In this document: positions 49,959 through 63,579 of the stretch, in pieces
Layout of the letters: every line of letters begins with the position of its first letter
Position numbering within the stretch: the first letter of the stretch is position 1
Assembly: GCF_030684315.1 (NCBI RefSeq)
Contig: NC_081373.1
Coordinates: forward strand, 52,686,864-52,750,863
Direction of reading: 5' to 3'
DNA: 64,000 nucleotides
DNA from: Stegostoma tigrinum
Lineage: Eukaryota
Notes under the pieces: generated by a model
The model's database searches: none
Told to the model about the DNA's origin: nothing
What the model saw: the letters and a program-made list of their open reading frames with translations, nothing else
Program-made: the position numbers and the translations under genes

Positions 49959-51339
49959 AAGAAATTGGAATAATCAACTGTATTGGAAAACTGAACAGAA
50001 TAATAGATTATTTAAGGACTAAATAGTAACTATTCTAATACAATAACATCTTGTAAACATACCCTTGGCAAAGGCAAATTCATTAAAACAATTTGTCTCG
50101 TGCAATTCTAGCATCTGGAAGAGAACCCCCAGCCTTTAGCTGCAACAGAGAGGAATAAACACTTTCACAACCAGCTTAAGGCCCCAGCAGCAGCTGAAAA
50201 ACTAAAACTAAAAATCCTGGTCTATGAGAGTTTGTCTCCACCCATTCGGGCTGATTCTATTGTTCCAACCTGAAAACTAAACCCATGACCTCACAAGCTG
50301 TTTGCTTTATCATATTGAAACATACAGCCTGGTACCTTTATCTTAAAACCTGTTTTCATCAAAAAAGGACAAAATATACATTTAAAGCCACAGTATCGTT
50401 ACACAAGGCAAAATTGCCTTGAGTTCTAATTCACCTGCAAGCTGAGGCTTTACAGTCCTCTGGGAGATCCTTCTAACCATTGTCACATCTTCATTCATGT
50501 TTTCAACAAGCATAGCTTATAGTCCTTGTTTGCATGGCCAAAAATAATCTATTTTACCGTAGTGCAATCAATGCATTGGATGATGAGATGCTCACTGAAA
50601 TGTGACCTCTGATCATGGGGTCACATTACACTTAGTCTCATGCAATTGACAGATTGGTTTAAATAAATTATGATTTATTTCCATTCAGTAACACACAAAA
50701 TATTTGTAAATTGTGAATACAACACCAAAGTTATGCTAATATCGATTAAATTTGCCAGAAGTAAGTGTTCAGCTTTAGTTCATACACTCACCGAATTCCA
50801 CATATTACATGACTTACATTGGCTGTACAAGCTGCGAACAAGAAAGTTAATGACATTCACACTAAACTCACTGATCATCCTGCGAGCCCAGAGTCACTAA
50901 CTGTCCAATTCACACTGTAGCTCCGACACCATGTTGGGTCCCATCCTGCAGATAGCTCCTCCCGAGCTGATGAGAATCTGTGGCTCACAGTCAACCCATC
51001 CTAGAGCACTTATATATCTCCTCAAGAACATGTGCCCCTCAGAAGGCTGAGCCTCTGAGGTCACTTCACGTAGCAACACTTCCCAAAACCTCTTCCCTAT
51101 GTCAGCCCCCTCTTTGATCTCTTCATTATGCCAGAAATTCCCTCCTCCTCTTCCTCAGATCTTCCCCGAAACCTCACTCACAACCTCCTGAGAACTTCAC
51201 CTTAAACTTCACCCAAAGATACTATCCTCTGAGATAACTTCCATACCGACAAGATCTCCTCAGCTCATATCCCTCAGAATCACCTCCCACAGACCTCATC
51301 TCCAATGTCTTGCCTCCCCGAATCTTAATCTGGTGGCAG

Positions 51340-51815
51340 AGAAGCAATAGTATTATACATCCATTTTGGGAGAGAGGATGGCCTGGACGGAAACTTGGAA
51401 GTAGAGGCATTCTCATGGACATGTTGCCCTTGTCCTTCTAGACAACAGAATTTGTGAGTTTAGGATGAATTTTAGCAGACCGCTCGGTAAGTTGCTGCAT
51501 TACATGTTGCACATGGTAAATAGTGTACTAGTGATGGAAGGAATGAATGTTAAAAGTGGTGGATGTGGTGCCAATCAAGCAGGTTACTTTGCCATGGATA
51601 GCATTAAACTTCTTGAATGTTACTGGGGCAGCACCCATCCCAGCAAATGATGAGCGTTCTATTACACTCCTGACTTGTACCTCGTAGGTAATGCACAGGC
51701 TTTGGGGAGTCAGGTGGTATGTTACTTTCTGCAGGAGTTCTAGCCTGTGGCCAGTATTTATGTAGCTAGTCCCATTCAGTTTCTGGTCACTAGCAGCCTC
51801 CAGGATGTTGAGTCC
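51340..51815 (-). mobile_element. LINE RT fragment, decayed
   Basis: Reverse reading resembles the C-terminal part of a CR1-like RT (YEVQVRSVIERS...). Confidence 0.55.
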
Positions 51816-52838
51816 ATGAGACCAGTCAGAACCACCACTGACATTTGAGGAAATTTAACAAGGCAATATTTTACAGTTTCCACCCATCTCTATGTTTACA
51901 ATGTGTAGACTCTTTTAATACACACAGCAACTCTGGTCATTCACAAAGCTTGCTGAAGAGGACCCTCTTGTTTACACTTCTGCACCAATGAAATAATTTT
52001 GATGTCAATCATTCTTATGAAACAGGAAAATGTAACGGGATATTCTGAGAAACTTTTTGTGCATAAAAAAAACAAAAGAAACTAAACAAATTAACTTTTC
52101 ATTTTTTTCTGAGGTATCTTTCCAAAGCAAAATTTAAAATCGCGAATCTTCGTTCCACTTATGAGATTTATAAAATTGCTATGTTTCAGGACAATGTTGT
52201 TAGTTGAAGATAAATGAATAGTGCCAGGTGACCAAGAAAGCAGGCCTAGAAAGCTTAAAGATAGAAAAAAGGACTAAGGCTGTCTTCTAAAGTGGTGTTT
52301 ACATTTGAGAGAAAATGGCAGCAACCTGTTTGCTCACAATGGATGGACTTTCGAATCTTAAAAGTTCCAGGGAAATGTTGGATTGGAAACTTTAAACTTT
52401 GCTGCTTTAAATTTGAAAGAGAATTGTCTCTCAAGGATAGTAATCAGCATCTGCACCTGGATGCAGATCCCATGTGATTCATGTAGGCGTGAAGTTTAGC
52501 TTCAAGATGAGACAAGTCCAGGCACCTGGAATAGCAATACCTGGTTAGAGGATTTCCTAAAATATGATTAAACATCAGATGGCAGAGGTGGGGGAGCTCA
52601 TCTGACAGGATCCAGTGTGAAGGTCAGAAATCCTTATGGTGGACCACACTACAATGCAAGCGGAAAATCATATTTCAACTGAGAAGACCAAATTCATGTG
52701 AAGTTAAAACAAAATTTGAAGATTAGCATAGATTACCCAAATATAGGGTGAATATCACTATTGTAATGCTCTCACTGTGAAGGACCGTTCTGGTGTTAAA
52801 AAAAAGGGAAAACAGAAGTCAACCCTTGGGAGCTAAGA

Positions 52839-52882
52839 TAACAAAGTGTGAAGCTGGATGAACACAGCAGGTCAAGCAGCAT
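52839..52882 (-). mobile_element. 44-bp Penelope terminal-repeat piece
   Basis: TAACAAAGTGTGAAGCTGGATGAACACAGCAGG; flanking CT(T/C)GGGAGCTAAGA. Confidence 0.75.
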
Positions 52883-53852
52883 CTCGGGAGCTAAGAATCA
52901 CTTTAAACTGATTCTGGGAGAATGTAATATTTGCTCACAGAATAGTGGAACATGTTCCTGTGAAATGTGTTTTTTCAGTTGTGCTAAAAATAGGATGAGT
53001 TATTTATTCTGTAATTTATAATACAAGATGCTTACAAAGATAGTGTTAAGTCAATGGTACTTTTCAGACTGCCTAGTGGTTTTTGTGGGTAATTAATAGC
53101 ACTTAAAATAAATTATAACCTGTATTTAAAGTACTACACACTTAGATTTGTTACAATAAACACTTCTAAAATATTAAATTTCATCTTTCCAGTCTTTCAA
53201 CTATTCAGCAGACATTAACATTTATTTTAAACTGCTATCTGGTTTGAAGGAGATTGTAGCATTTTGAAATTTGGCATTCTTTTCATATTTTGCAATCTAT
53301 TCTCAGTAGTTACTAATCGCTTTTCAGTTTATGACAGACTTCAGGAGGCCTCAGACAAGCAAAAGTTAGAATAATTAACAAACATAATGGAAATATTTGA
53401 AGGAACATTGCCATTATTCAAATGTGAAATAAAGTTCTAAAATTTAAAACTTTTGATTTGTGTAGAAGTTTTATTATGTAAAGATCCAGGGATATTTTTA
53501 TAAGGGGAAAAGATACAAACTAGTTTCAGAAGAAATAAAGGATTTGTGTAGAAACATTCACAAACTCGCGACACTACAGCAAAGGATTTTCACACCCAAT
53601 GAAATACTATTGATGTGTACTCACTTTAATGAAGAAACACAGTTGAATCGAGAAGAGTATAGAAGATTCATATAGGATTTGAAAGTTAACTCTGTTTCTT
53701 TCTTTCTTTCTCCACAAATGCTACCAGAGCTACTGGGGATTTCTAGCATTTCTTTTATTTTATTCCAGATTTCCAGCAGTATTCAGTTTTAATAACATAG
53801 TTTAATCACGTCCATATTTTCATGGGGTCAGAAACACCATTTTTGAGGGATT

Positions 53853-56800
53853 AAGATGGCAGGTGGGTGAGATGGTTAAGGTGCCTGGAGGGTGATGAGG
53901 CTAGGGTGACAGATGGGTGAGATGGGTAGGGTGACAGATGGGTGAGGGGGGGTAGGGTGACAGATGGGTGATGTGGGTAGTGTGACAGGTGGGTGAGATG
54001 GGTAGGGTGACAGATGGGTGAGGGGGGGTAGGGTGACAGATGGGTGAGGTGGGTAGTGTGACAGGTGGGTGAGATGGGTAGGGTGACAGATGGGTGAGGG
54101 GGGGTAGGGTGACAGATGGGTGAGGTGGGTAGTGTGACAGGTGGGTGAGATGGGTAGGATGCCTGGTAGATGACATGGGTAAGGTGACAGGTGGGTGAGG
54201 TGGGTAGGATGTCTGGTACATGACATGGGTAGGGTGACAGTTGGGTGGGGTCGGTAGGGTGACAGGTGGGTGAGGTGGGTAAGGTGACAGGTGGGTGAAG
54301 TGGGTAAGGTGACAGGTGGGTGAGGTGGGTAGGGTGATAGATGGGTGAGGTGGGTAGTGTGAAAGGTGGGTGAGGTGGGTAGGGTGACAGGTAAGTGAGG
54401 TGGGTAAGGTGACAGGTGGGTGAGGTGGGTAGTGTGAAAGGTGGGTGAGGTGGGTAGGGTGACAGGTGGGTGAGGTGGGTAGGGTGACAGATGGGTGAGG
54501 TGGGTAATGTGACAGGTGTGTGAGGTGGGTAGGGTGACAGGTGGGTGAGATGGGTAAGGTGACAGGTGGGTGAGGTGGGTAGGGTGACAGGTGGGTGAGG
54601 TGGGTAGGGTGACAGGTGGGTGAGATGGGTAGGGTGCCTGGTAGATGTCATGGGTAGGGTGACAGATGGGTGAGGTGGGTAGTGTGACAGGTGGGTGAGA
54701 TGGGTAGGGTGACAGATGGGTGAGGGGGGTAGGGTGACAGATGGGTGAGGTGGGTAGTGTGACAGGTGGGTGAGATGGGTAGGATGCCTGGTAGATGACA
54801 TGGGTAAGGTGACAGGTGGGTGAGGTGGGTAAGGTGACAGGGGGGTGAGGTGGGTAGGGTGACAGGTGGGTGAGATGGGTAAGGTGACAGGTGGGTGAGG
54901 TGGGTAGGGTGACAGGTGGGTGAGGTGGGTAGGGTGACAGGTGGGTGAGATGGGTAGGGTGCCTGGTAGATGTCATGGGTAGGGTGACAGATGGGTGAGG
55001 TCAGTAGGGTGACAGGTGGGTGAGGTGGGTAAGGTGACAGGTGGGTGAGGTGGGTAAGGTGACAGGTGGGTGAGGTGGGTAGGGTGACAGGTGGGTGAGG
55101 TGGGTAGGGTGACAAGTGGGTGAGGGGGGTAGGGTGACAGATGGGTGAGGTGGGTAGTGTGACAGGTGGGTGAGGTAGGTAAGGTGGGTAGGATGCCTGG
55201 TAGATGACATGGGTAAGGTGACAGATGGGTGAGGTGGGTAAGGTGACAGGGGGGTGAGGTGGGTAGGGTGACAGGTGGGTGAGATGGGTAAGGTGACAGG
55301 TGGGTGAGGTGGGTAGGGTGACAGGTGGGTGAGGTGGGTAGGGTGACAGGTGGGTGAGATGGGTAGGGTGCCTGGTAGATGTCATGGGTAGGGTGACAGA
55401 TGGGTGAGGTGGGTAGTGTGACAGGTGGGTGAGATGGGTAGGGTGACAGATGGGTGAGGGGGGTAGGGTGACAGATGGGTGAGGTGGGTAGTGTGACAGG
55501 TGGGTGAGATGGGTAGGATGCCTGGTAGATGACATGGGTAAGGTGACAGGTGGGTGAGGTGGGTAGGATGTCTGGTACATGACATGGGTAGGGTGACAGT
55601 TGGGTGAGGTCAGTAGGGTGACAGGTGGGTGAGGTGGGTAAGGTGACAGGTGGGTGAGGTGGGTAAGGTGACAGGTGGGTGAGGTGGGTAGGGTGACAGG
55701 TGGGTGAGGTGGGTAGGGTGACAAGTGGGTGAGGTGGGTAGGGTGACAGATGGGTGAGGTGGGTAATGTGACAGGTGTGTGAGGTGGGTAGGGTGACAGG
55801 TGGGTGAGATGGGTAAGGTGACAGGTGGGTGAGGGGGGTAGGGTGACAGATGGGTGAGGTGGGTAGTGTGACAGGTGTGTGAGGTGGGTAGGATGCCTGG
55901 TAGATGACATGGGTAAGGTGACAGATGGGTGAGGTGGGTAAGGTGACAGGTGGGTGAGGTGGGTACGGTGACAGGTGGGTGGGGTGGGTAGGGTGACAGA
56001 TGGGTGAGGTGGGTAGGGTGACAGTTGGGTGAGGTGGGTAGGGTGACAGGTGGGTGAGGTGGGTAAGGTGACAGGTGGGTGAGGTGGGTAAATGACAGGT
56101 GAGTGAGGTCGGTAAGGTGACAGGTGGGTGAGATGGGTAAGGTGACAGGTGGGTGAGGTGGGTAGGGTGATAGGTGGGTGAGGTGGGTAGGGTGACAGGT
56201 GGGTGAGATGGGTAGGGTACCTGGTAGATGTCATGGGTAGGGTGACAGTGGATGAGGTGGGTAGCGGGACAGGTGGGTGAGGTGGGTAAGGTGACAGGTG
56301 GGTGAGGTGGGTAGGGTGACAGGTGGGTGAGGTGGGTAGGGTGACAGTGAGCGAGGTGGGTAGGGTGACAGGTGGGTGAGGTGGGTAGGGTGACAGGTGG
56401 GTGTGGTGGTTAAGGTGACAGTTGGTGAGGTGGGTAGGGTGACAGTGGATGAGGTGGGTAGCGGGACAGGTGGGTGAGGTGGGTAGGGTGACAGGTGGGT
56501 GAGATGGGTAGGGTGACAGGTGGGTGAGATGGGTAGTGTGACATGTGGGTGAGGTGGGTAGTGTGACAGGTGGGTGAGGTGGGTGGGGTGACAGGTGGGT
56601 GAGGTGGGTAATGTGACAGGTGTGTGAGGTGGGTAGGGTGACAGGTGGGTGAGATGGGTAAGGTGACAGGTGGGTGAGGTGGGTAAGGTGACAGTGGGTG
56701 AGGTGGGTAGGATGCCTGCTAGATGACATGGGTAAGCTGACAGGTGGGTGAGGTGGGTAATGTGACAGGTGTGTGAGGTGGGTAGGGTGACTGGTGGGTG

Positions 56801-56913
56801 AGATGGGTAGAGTGACAGATGGGTGAGGTAGGTAGGATGCCTGGTAGATGACATGGGTAAGGTGACAGGTGGGTGAGGTGGGTAAGGTGACAGGTGGATG
56901 AGGTGGGTAAGGT
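53853..56913 (+). repeat. G-rich 24-bp minisatellite (GGTGACAGGTGGGTGAGGTGGGTA)n, ~127 units
   Basis: Directly visible; recurrent variant unit GATGCCTGGTAGATGACATGGGTA; extreme G/C strand skew. Confidence 0.97.
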
Positions 56914-57593
56914 TCTAGGCAAGTTGATGGATGCGGTAGGTTTGGGTTGACACGCCAGATGGAGTAGGAGTGTTGGATCCATGATGGGGTGCAGTGTTTG
57001 GCATCTCCAGCCGGGTGTAAGATTGGTGGTGTTGATGTTGCTTCGAGTGGGGGTCAGGGGGTTTTAGATTGTGGGCAGTGGCTGGGCTGGGCTTGGGGAT
57101 GGCAGCTGACAATCTGGGTGTCCCCAGGCAAGCTGGGCAGAGGTGTCTAATTGGCTGGTTGTTGTCAGGGATCCTGTGCTGTTGGAGGTCAAAAAGAGAT
57201 AGTTTGGGGGTGGGTGACTTTAGTGATGAGTTGGGAGTTTTCCAGGAGTTACAGTTGTTTTTTTAATCATTTAACTTTTCCAGAACAACCATTGAGCTTA
57301 AGTGAAAACTTCCAACTTTCAGTGGCTTTTTCAGAGGGTTCCAGGCACAGGGTAATTGATCATCAAAATTTTCATTTTCCCAGGTAATTGCTATGGGGTC
57401 ACCTACATTTCCATACAGCCTGGTACACAACTCCAATCTATGCTGCTGGAACAAATATCTTGCCGTTGGACCATTTCTCAATCCTTGCCATGAAACTTAT
57501 GTAATAAACAAGTAAAATATTCCATCTATTCAATATTGAGAGTGTTTAATTGCTTTAGAAAGAAGTCACAAGCTGTATTTAAAGTATTGCTTT

Positions 57594-57993
57594 GATACAT
57601 GAACATCAACTAGCCACAAAACGACATGACCCACTATCACTCGTATCCTTACATACAGATAAGGAAGGACACCACTTTGATTGGGACAACACATCCATCC
57701 TAGGACAAACCAAACAGAGACATGCACGAGAATTCCTAGAAGCATGGCATTCCAACCGGAACTCCATCAACAAACACATTGATTTGGAGCCAATCTACCA
57801 TCCTCTGAGAAAAAGAACAGGAAATGACATCAACACAGGAAATGACATCACCGACCCAAGGAAACCTAACCAGATAAATAGAAAGCGGGACATAACACCA
57901 GCGCTTCGTCGGAGGCTCACTGTTGATGTTACCTAGAATGGTGGCGAAACGTCTGAAAACGAATGTTCCAGCTCAGCGAGCAAACTCACATCC
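57594..57993 (+). mobile_element. Penelope-like element 3' end
   Basis: IHEHQLATKRHDPLSLVSLH...REFLEAWHS..SINKH (GIY-YIG end). Terminal repeat has a mutated hammerhead (CTGTTGA). Flanking AAAGTATTG. Confidence 0.9.
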
Positions 57994-58149
57994 AAAGTAT
58001 TGTATGTTTATATGTGAATGTGTAGGAATAATATTAAAAAATTAGAAGATGGGATTGGAAGAAAAGTACTACGCATTGTGATTTGTGTAACATGGATTGT
58101 TATTCACTTTAATCCTTGTTGCGATATGGGTACCATAACCAATGCGTGC

Positions 58150-58450
58150 AATTATTGTCCATTCCCACTTACCCATGAATTCAATAGCTTGCTGGAACCA
58201 TTTCAGAGAACAGTAAAGAATCAACCACATTGCTGTGGGTCTGGAGTCACGTGTAAGTCCAGGCTGGGTAAGGATGACACACTGCCTTCCCTAAAGGATG
58301 TTGTGAACCAGCTGGGATTTTCCTACATTCTATGGTCACCTTTGCTGCACCTGGCTTACATTTCCAGATTTCATTGAAATCACTCCAACAGCTGCAACAA
58401 TGCAATGTGAACCATTAGTCTGGACTTCTGGATCATTAGCCCGGTGAAAA
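58150..58450 (-). mobile_element. Second-family SINE, decayed
   Basis: TCAACCACATTGCTGTGGGTCTGGAGTCAC...TTCCCTAAAGGA. Confidence 0.7.
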
Positions 58451-59479
58451 TATTTATATTCTTAAAATTCTGATGGCTTTTTAACCTTGCTGGCAGTCAG
58501 CAGGACCACCACCATCTGCAAAGGTGATGATCGCATGTCTGTGGTGGCCTTCCCTTGTGGTAATCTCCTGCATCAAATTTCAGGAAAAGGAGATGGATAC
58601 AGGCAGGAAGTCGGGAGAACTAGCATCCACTGAACAAGTTTAACAGGCAGCCTTCTGAGACAGGATGCAACCCTTGAATTTTCTGCTGTTGCGGTTGGCA
58701 CGGATTCCAGATGAAAGTTTTGGATAAAAATGCTGAAAAGTCATGGGGGTGTAGCTATAGGTATATGAGTGGGGGATCAAGGCTGAGACAATCAGCTGGG
58801 CAATATTAGGGAAATGTAACATTTTGGGCTGGGAAAGGATCATTGGAGTACAGGGTTTGGACCAGAGGGTAAAAGAAAGATGGAATGATGGGATAGTAGG
58901 AAGAGAAAGACCTGAGTAGACCATGGGGAAACAAAAGGCGTGGAACTAATGCATTGGGTTCAGAATGACAGTTAAAATGCAGGTATTAATGGGCATAGAT
59001 AATCCAAGGATTGGAAAAATTGTTCTGGTTGCCTTCCAGTCCAAAGTTGGAGCTTTGTGATGAGAAGATGTTGATCTGCAGAAGATTTTTTAAAAATTAA
59101 TCATTTCCTGCTGTTCTTTTTTCAGATCCTGGGGAGAAACCAGAAACTCACTGAATGCTCAGCAATTCAAAGATAAACATCTGACCTAGTAAATGGTACC
59201 ATGGGAGTTCCAGCTCTGGAGTAAATATGGGAAATCTGCAATTATCAGAAAACTTCTACATCTTTTCTAAAAGGAAGATAAAATAAATAAAAGATGGTCA
59301 AAGAGCCAGTGCGAGTCAGATTCCCAAAATACCTCAAGAGAAATCTCTCTGCAGGATTCTCTGGAACTTTGGTGGAAGTTGGCAAACCCACTGGTGAAAC
59401 AATGCCAGGGCAGATTTATTCTGTAGTTCTTCCAATTTCTTAGCAGAATGAATAGTAATCAGGAGAAACACCAGGAAAA

Positions 59480-61710
59480 TTCAGGAGCCAAAGGAACAAT
59501 GAAAAATGGCATTATGAGAGTTCAGAAGCAGTATATATCCTGTTAGTATGAAGGAGAAAATTAGTAGGTGTAGGGAATGACTAAAGAAATTCAGGCCCTG
59601 TTCAAAAAAACAGGAGGAGGCATATCATTGAATCCCTACAGTGTGGAAGCAGGCCATTCAGCCCATTGAGTCCACACCAACCCTCTGAAGAGCATCACAC
59701 TCAGACCCACCCCCTACGCTATCTGTGCATCTCCCACTATAGACACTATGGGTAATTTAGCTTGGCCAATCCACCAAACCCAGGTCTTTGGTGCTGTGAG
59801 GCAGCTGTGCTAACCGCTGATCCACCATCACAGGTAGAGACAGCTGGCATCAAATTAATCCCTTGAGGAGAATAAGGACTGTAAGAGTATATTCAAAATG
59901 GAAATCAGGAGGGGAAAAGGGGAGAAATAGGATTAAGCAGAATCCAAAGAGATTCTGCAGATACATTAAGGGCAAAGAGTAACTATGGAGGAAAGAGTAC
60001 CCCTTAAAGATCAACAAGGCCACTTAGATGTGGAACTGTAGGAGATGGATGAGAAAATAAATGAGTATTTCACATCAGTATTTACTACAGACAAGGATAT
60101 GGAAGTGAGAGAATCTGGAGAAATAAATAGTGATACTTTGAAAAGTAACTATCTTACAGAGGAGGATGTGCATCTTAAAACACATACAGGTAGATAAAAC
60201 CCCAGGACCTAATCAGGTATATCCCAGAACTGTGTGGGAAACTCAGAGGGTCATTGCTGGGTCCCTTGCTGAGAACTTTGCATCAGTGATAGCCATGGGG
60301 ATGTACCAGAAGACTGAAAAGTGGCTAATATGGTGCCATTATTTAAGAAAGCTGATAAGGAAAAGCCAGGGAATTATTGACCAGTGAACCTGATATCGGT
60401 GGTAGGCAAGTTGTTGGAGGGAATCCCGAGGGACAGGATTTACATGCATTTGGAAAAGCAAGGGCTGATTAGGGATAGTCAACATGGCTATGTATTTGGG
60501 AAATCATGCCCTCACTAACTTGATTGAGTTTTTTGAAGAAGTGACAAAGAAAATTGATGATGGCAGAGCAGTGGACGTTGTCTACATGGACTTCAGTCAG
60601 GCTTTCATCAAGGTTCTGCATGGTACACATGGAATCCATAAAGAGCTAGCCACTTGGATACAAAATTGACTTGAAGGCAGGAGACAGAGGGTGATGTTGG
60701 GGAGTTGTTTTTGGACTGGAAGCCTGCGTCTAGTGGTATGTTGCAAGGATCAGTGCTGAATCCATTGCTTTGTGTCATTTATATAAATGATTTATATGTG
60801 AATATAGGATGAATGTTCTGTAAGTTTGCAAAATTGGCAGTCTAGTGGACAGTGAAGAAGGTCATCTCAGAGTACAATGGGACTTTGATAAGATGGGCTG
60901 ATGGGCCAAGAAGTGGCAGATGAAAATAATTTACATAAATGTGAGGTGTTGCATTTTGATAAAGCAAATCAGGGCAGGACTTATGCATTTAATGGTAGGG
61001 TCCTGGGGAATGTTACTGAACAAAGGGACCTTGGGGTGCAGGTTCACAGTTCCTTGAAGATGGAGTCACAGGTAGATAGGGTAATGAAGAAGGCATTTGG
61101 TATGCTTGCCTTTATTGGTCAGGGCATTGAGTGTAGGAGGTAGGGGTCATGTTGCAACTGTACAGAACACCAGTTAGGCCACTTTTGGAATACTGCATTC
61201 AGGTCTGTTCTCCCTGATACAGGAAAGATGTTATAAAACTTGAAAGGGTCCAGAAAATATTTACCAGGATGGTGCCAGGGTTGGAAGGCTTGAGCTATCA
61301 GCAGAGGCTGAAAAGGCTGAGGTTATTTTCCCTTGAGTGTTGCAGGCTGAGGGATGACCTTATTGAGGTTTACAAAATCATGGATAGGGTAAAGGCATTC
61401 TACCTCAAGGCAGGGGAGTCCAAAACTCGAGGGCATAGGTTTAAGGTGAGAGGGGAAAGATATAAAAGGGGCTTAAGGGGCAGCTCTTTCACCCAGAAGG
61501 TGGCCTGTGTCTGGAATGAACTGCCAGACTAAGTGATGGTGGTTGGTGCAATTACTATATTTACAAGGCATCTAGATGGGTATATGAATAGGAACAGCTT
61601 AGAGGGATATAGGGCAAATACTGGCAAACAGAACTAGATTAATTTAGGATATCTGGTTGGCATGGATGAGTTTGATTGAGGGGTCTGTTTCCATACTATA
61701 CAGCTCTAAA
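59480..61710 (+). mobile_element. Decayed CR1 LINE (ORF2 and 3'UTR)
   Basis: DKTPGP..YPR, LTNLIEFFEEVTK..D...VDVVYMDFS.AF, KCEVLHF, QRDLGVQV, WNELP; 3'UTR GAGGGGTCTGTTTCCATACTATA. Confidence 0.9.
59626..59830 (-). mobile_element. HE1-type SINE nested in CR1
   Basis: GAATCCCTACAGTGTGGAAGCAGGCCATTCAGCCC...CTGTGAGGCAGCTGTGCTAACC. Confidence 0.85.
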
Positions 61711-62922
61711 CAATGAACATATTTTCCCAAATATGTGGCTGGCTCTTTACTGCCTTCTGGGCAATTAGAGATGGGCAATAAATTCTGCCTGGCCAGCGAT
61801 GCCCTCAACCCATGAATGAATAAAGATGCATGCAGCAAATAGAAGGGGTTAGGATTATTTCAAATAGTATTGTATAAACAAGCTGAGTTGGTACTTTGTA
61901 CGTACTCAGAAGCAGAGAATAAGTCAATAATGTTTCCTAGCAAATTTCTAAAGAGTACCACAAAGGTGAAAGACCATCAATAGCTAGTTTTAGATTCTGT
62001 CAGAAATGTGTTGCATTTAAGAAAATGCTCTCTTAATTTTTATGGCTTGTACACATCAATGGTAAATTGCTAGTTAAGTGTTTGCGTGGCTTGGAAAAAA
62101 TTAAACATTGCATTGGACCAGAAGCTGGGTCCCAGGCAAGGACTTGTTGCCCATGGAAGATGTGTTTATAATGTGGCCACATGGATTGATTATCAGCCTG
62201 TATAATCTTCTAGTTCCCCACGTGGCAAGTAGTAAGAGTGGGAGCCATTCTGCATAAGACAGTGCCAAACCACTGCAGTACTTCTCCTGCAAACTTGGAC
62301 TAATCAACGGTCCAAAGTTGGTGACTCAACCCTTGGAGACAAGGGGAGTAGAAAAACAGGCAGAATCAATGGATGAAGGATTTCTTTCCCAACGGCATTG
62401 TTCACTGACAAATTATATTATCCTTTAGCATTTTCATCTTTCAGAGGGACGTTCTGGCAAATCTTTTAGTTTTTTTTGCAATTACAGTATCTTGCATCGA
62501 AATACTTGCAGCATTTCAAAAACAACGTCTGACCTTAATGGTTCTTTTCTCTTTCCAGACCAGAAAAAGATTATCACTTGAGCACTTTTGCTCCTTGTAG
62601 CAAATATGATAAGAAGTAATTTGAGATTAATTTGATTTTCTCATTCGTGGGAACAGCACTCTGATTCATTTTGAAGACTTTGAAGCCATCTAGAGAATTA
62701 AAATTGGAACTGCAGATTTTGTTAAATGGAACGATTTCAGGAAGGAGTCTGGTACTATGGTTTGCTGTGGGCTCTGAAATTCGGTGGCTCCCTAAAGTCA
62801 CCTTCTGTGAGAATCACAAACAAATTAAGCAGTGTGCCCAAGTAGACTCCATTCACGTTTGTTGAGAATTCTGGGATGTAGCAACATTATAAGGTTGTTA
62901 AAACAACTCTGAATTGGTGGTA

Positions 62923-63082
62923 ACGCAGCTTGGAGCTGGAGGAACACAGCAGGCCAGGCAGCATCAGAGGAGCAAGAAAGCTAACATTTTGGGTCGGGAC
63001 CCTTCTTCAGAAATCAGAAATCTCCCAACCCCACGCTTTGTTACCTCAGACTCCAACATCAGCAGTTCTTACTATCTCTGTA
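62923..63082 (+). mobile_element. Penelope-derived mini-element
   Basis: Perfect 13-bp TSD TGAATTGGTGGTA (62910-62922, 63083-63095); inverted arm carries a decayed hammerhead. Confidence 0.8.
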
Positions 63083-63579
63083 TGAATTGGTGGTATTTGT
63101 TTTAAACAATTACATTTAAAACTATGTCACTATTCAGGCTAGATTTCAAAAATAAGTGCTAAATAATTTAAAAATAGGTCTTGTGGCCATGAAAGGTACC
63201 ATCTAATTGCAGGTCATTTTTCTTTCTTTTGTTCCAATTATTGTTCTAGTTAAGGGATTGGCTGTGTGGTAAGACAGAGAGGACAGATAATTGGCAGGAT
63301 GTGACTGGAGGTGGCCCACCAGAAGCTGTGATGGGACCTCAACTGTGCACCATTGTTTCACTGTTAGATTCGGTTCATGAATGTTCACTTCGTCTTTAAT
63401 GGCATTCAGAATACAGGCTGAAGTTTCTTTCCACAGTCAAGAGACCTCAGAGTCAATCCATTGCAGCCCTTTCTAGGAGCAAGGCTCAAAGCTAAAGGGT
63501 AATTTTACAAGCCCATGCTTTCAGAAGGAAACATTTAATTGGTGTCACAATTTTATAACCGCTATCACGCGTACCTTAG

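Larger units (their letters stand above)
48222..50403. mobile_element. Solo LTR hosting a Penelope insertion
   Basis: T(A)TTATGGACC...TATCGTTACA ends flanked by a 4-bp direct repeat CAAG (48218-48221, 50404-50407); about 630 bp after removing the insert. Confidence 0.65.

Noticed and set aside
50966-50995. CTGATGA motif as a possible further hammerhead or snoRNA box
   Set aside because: No stem II and no downstream GAAA-NUH arrangement.
53851-56854. Long Pro/His/Thr-rich ORFs (693, 366, 316 aa) resembling extensin or mucin
   Set aside because: They arise from a 24-bp repeat that lacks stops on the C-rich strand. All three frames are open and there is no gene context.
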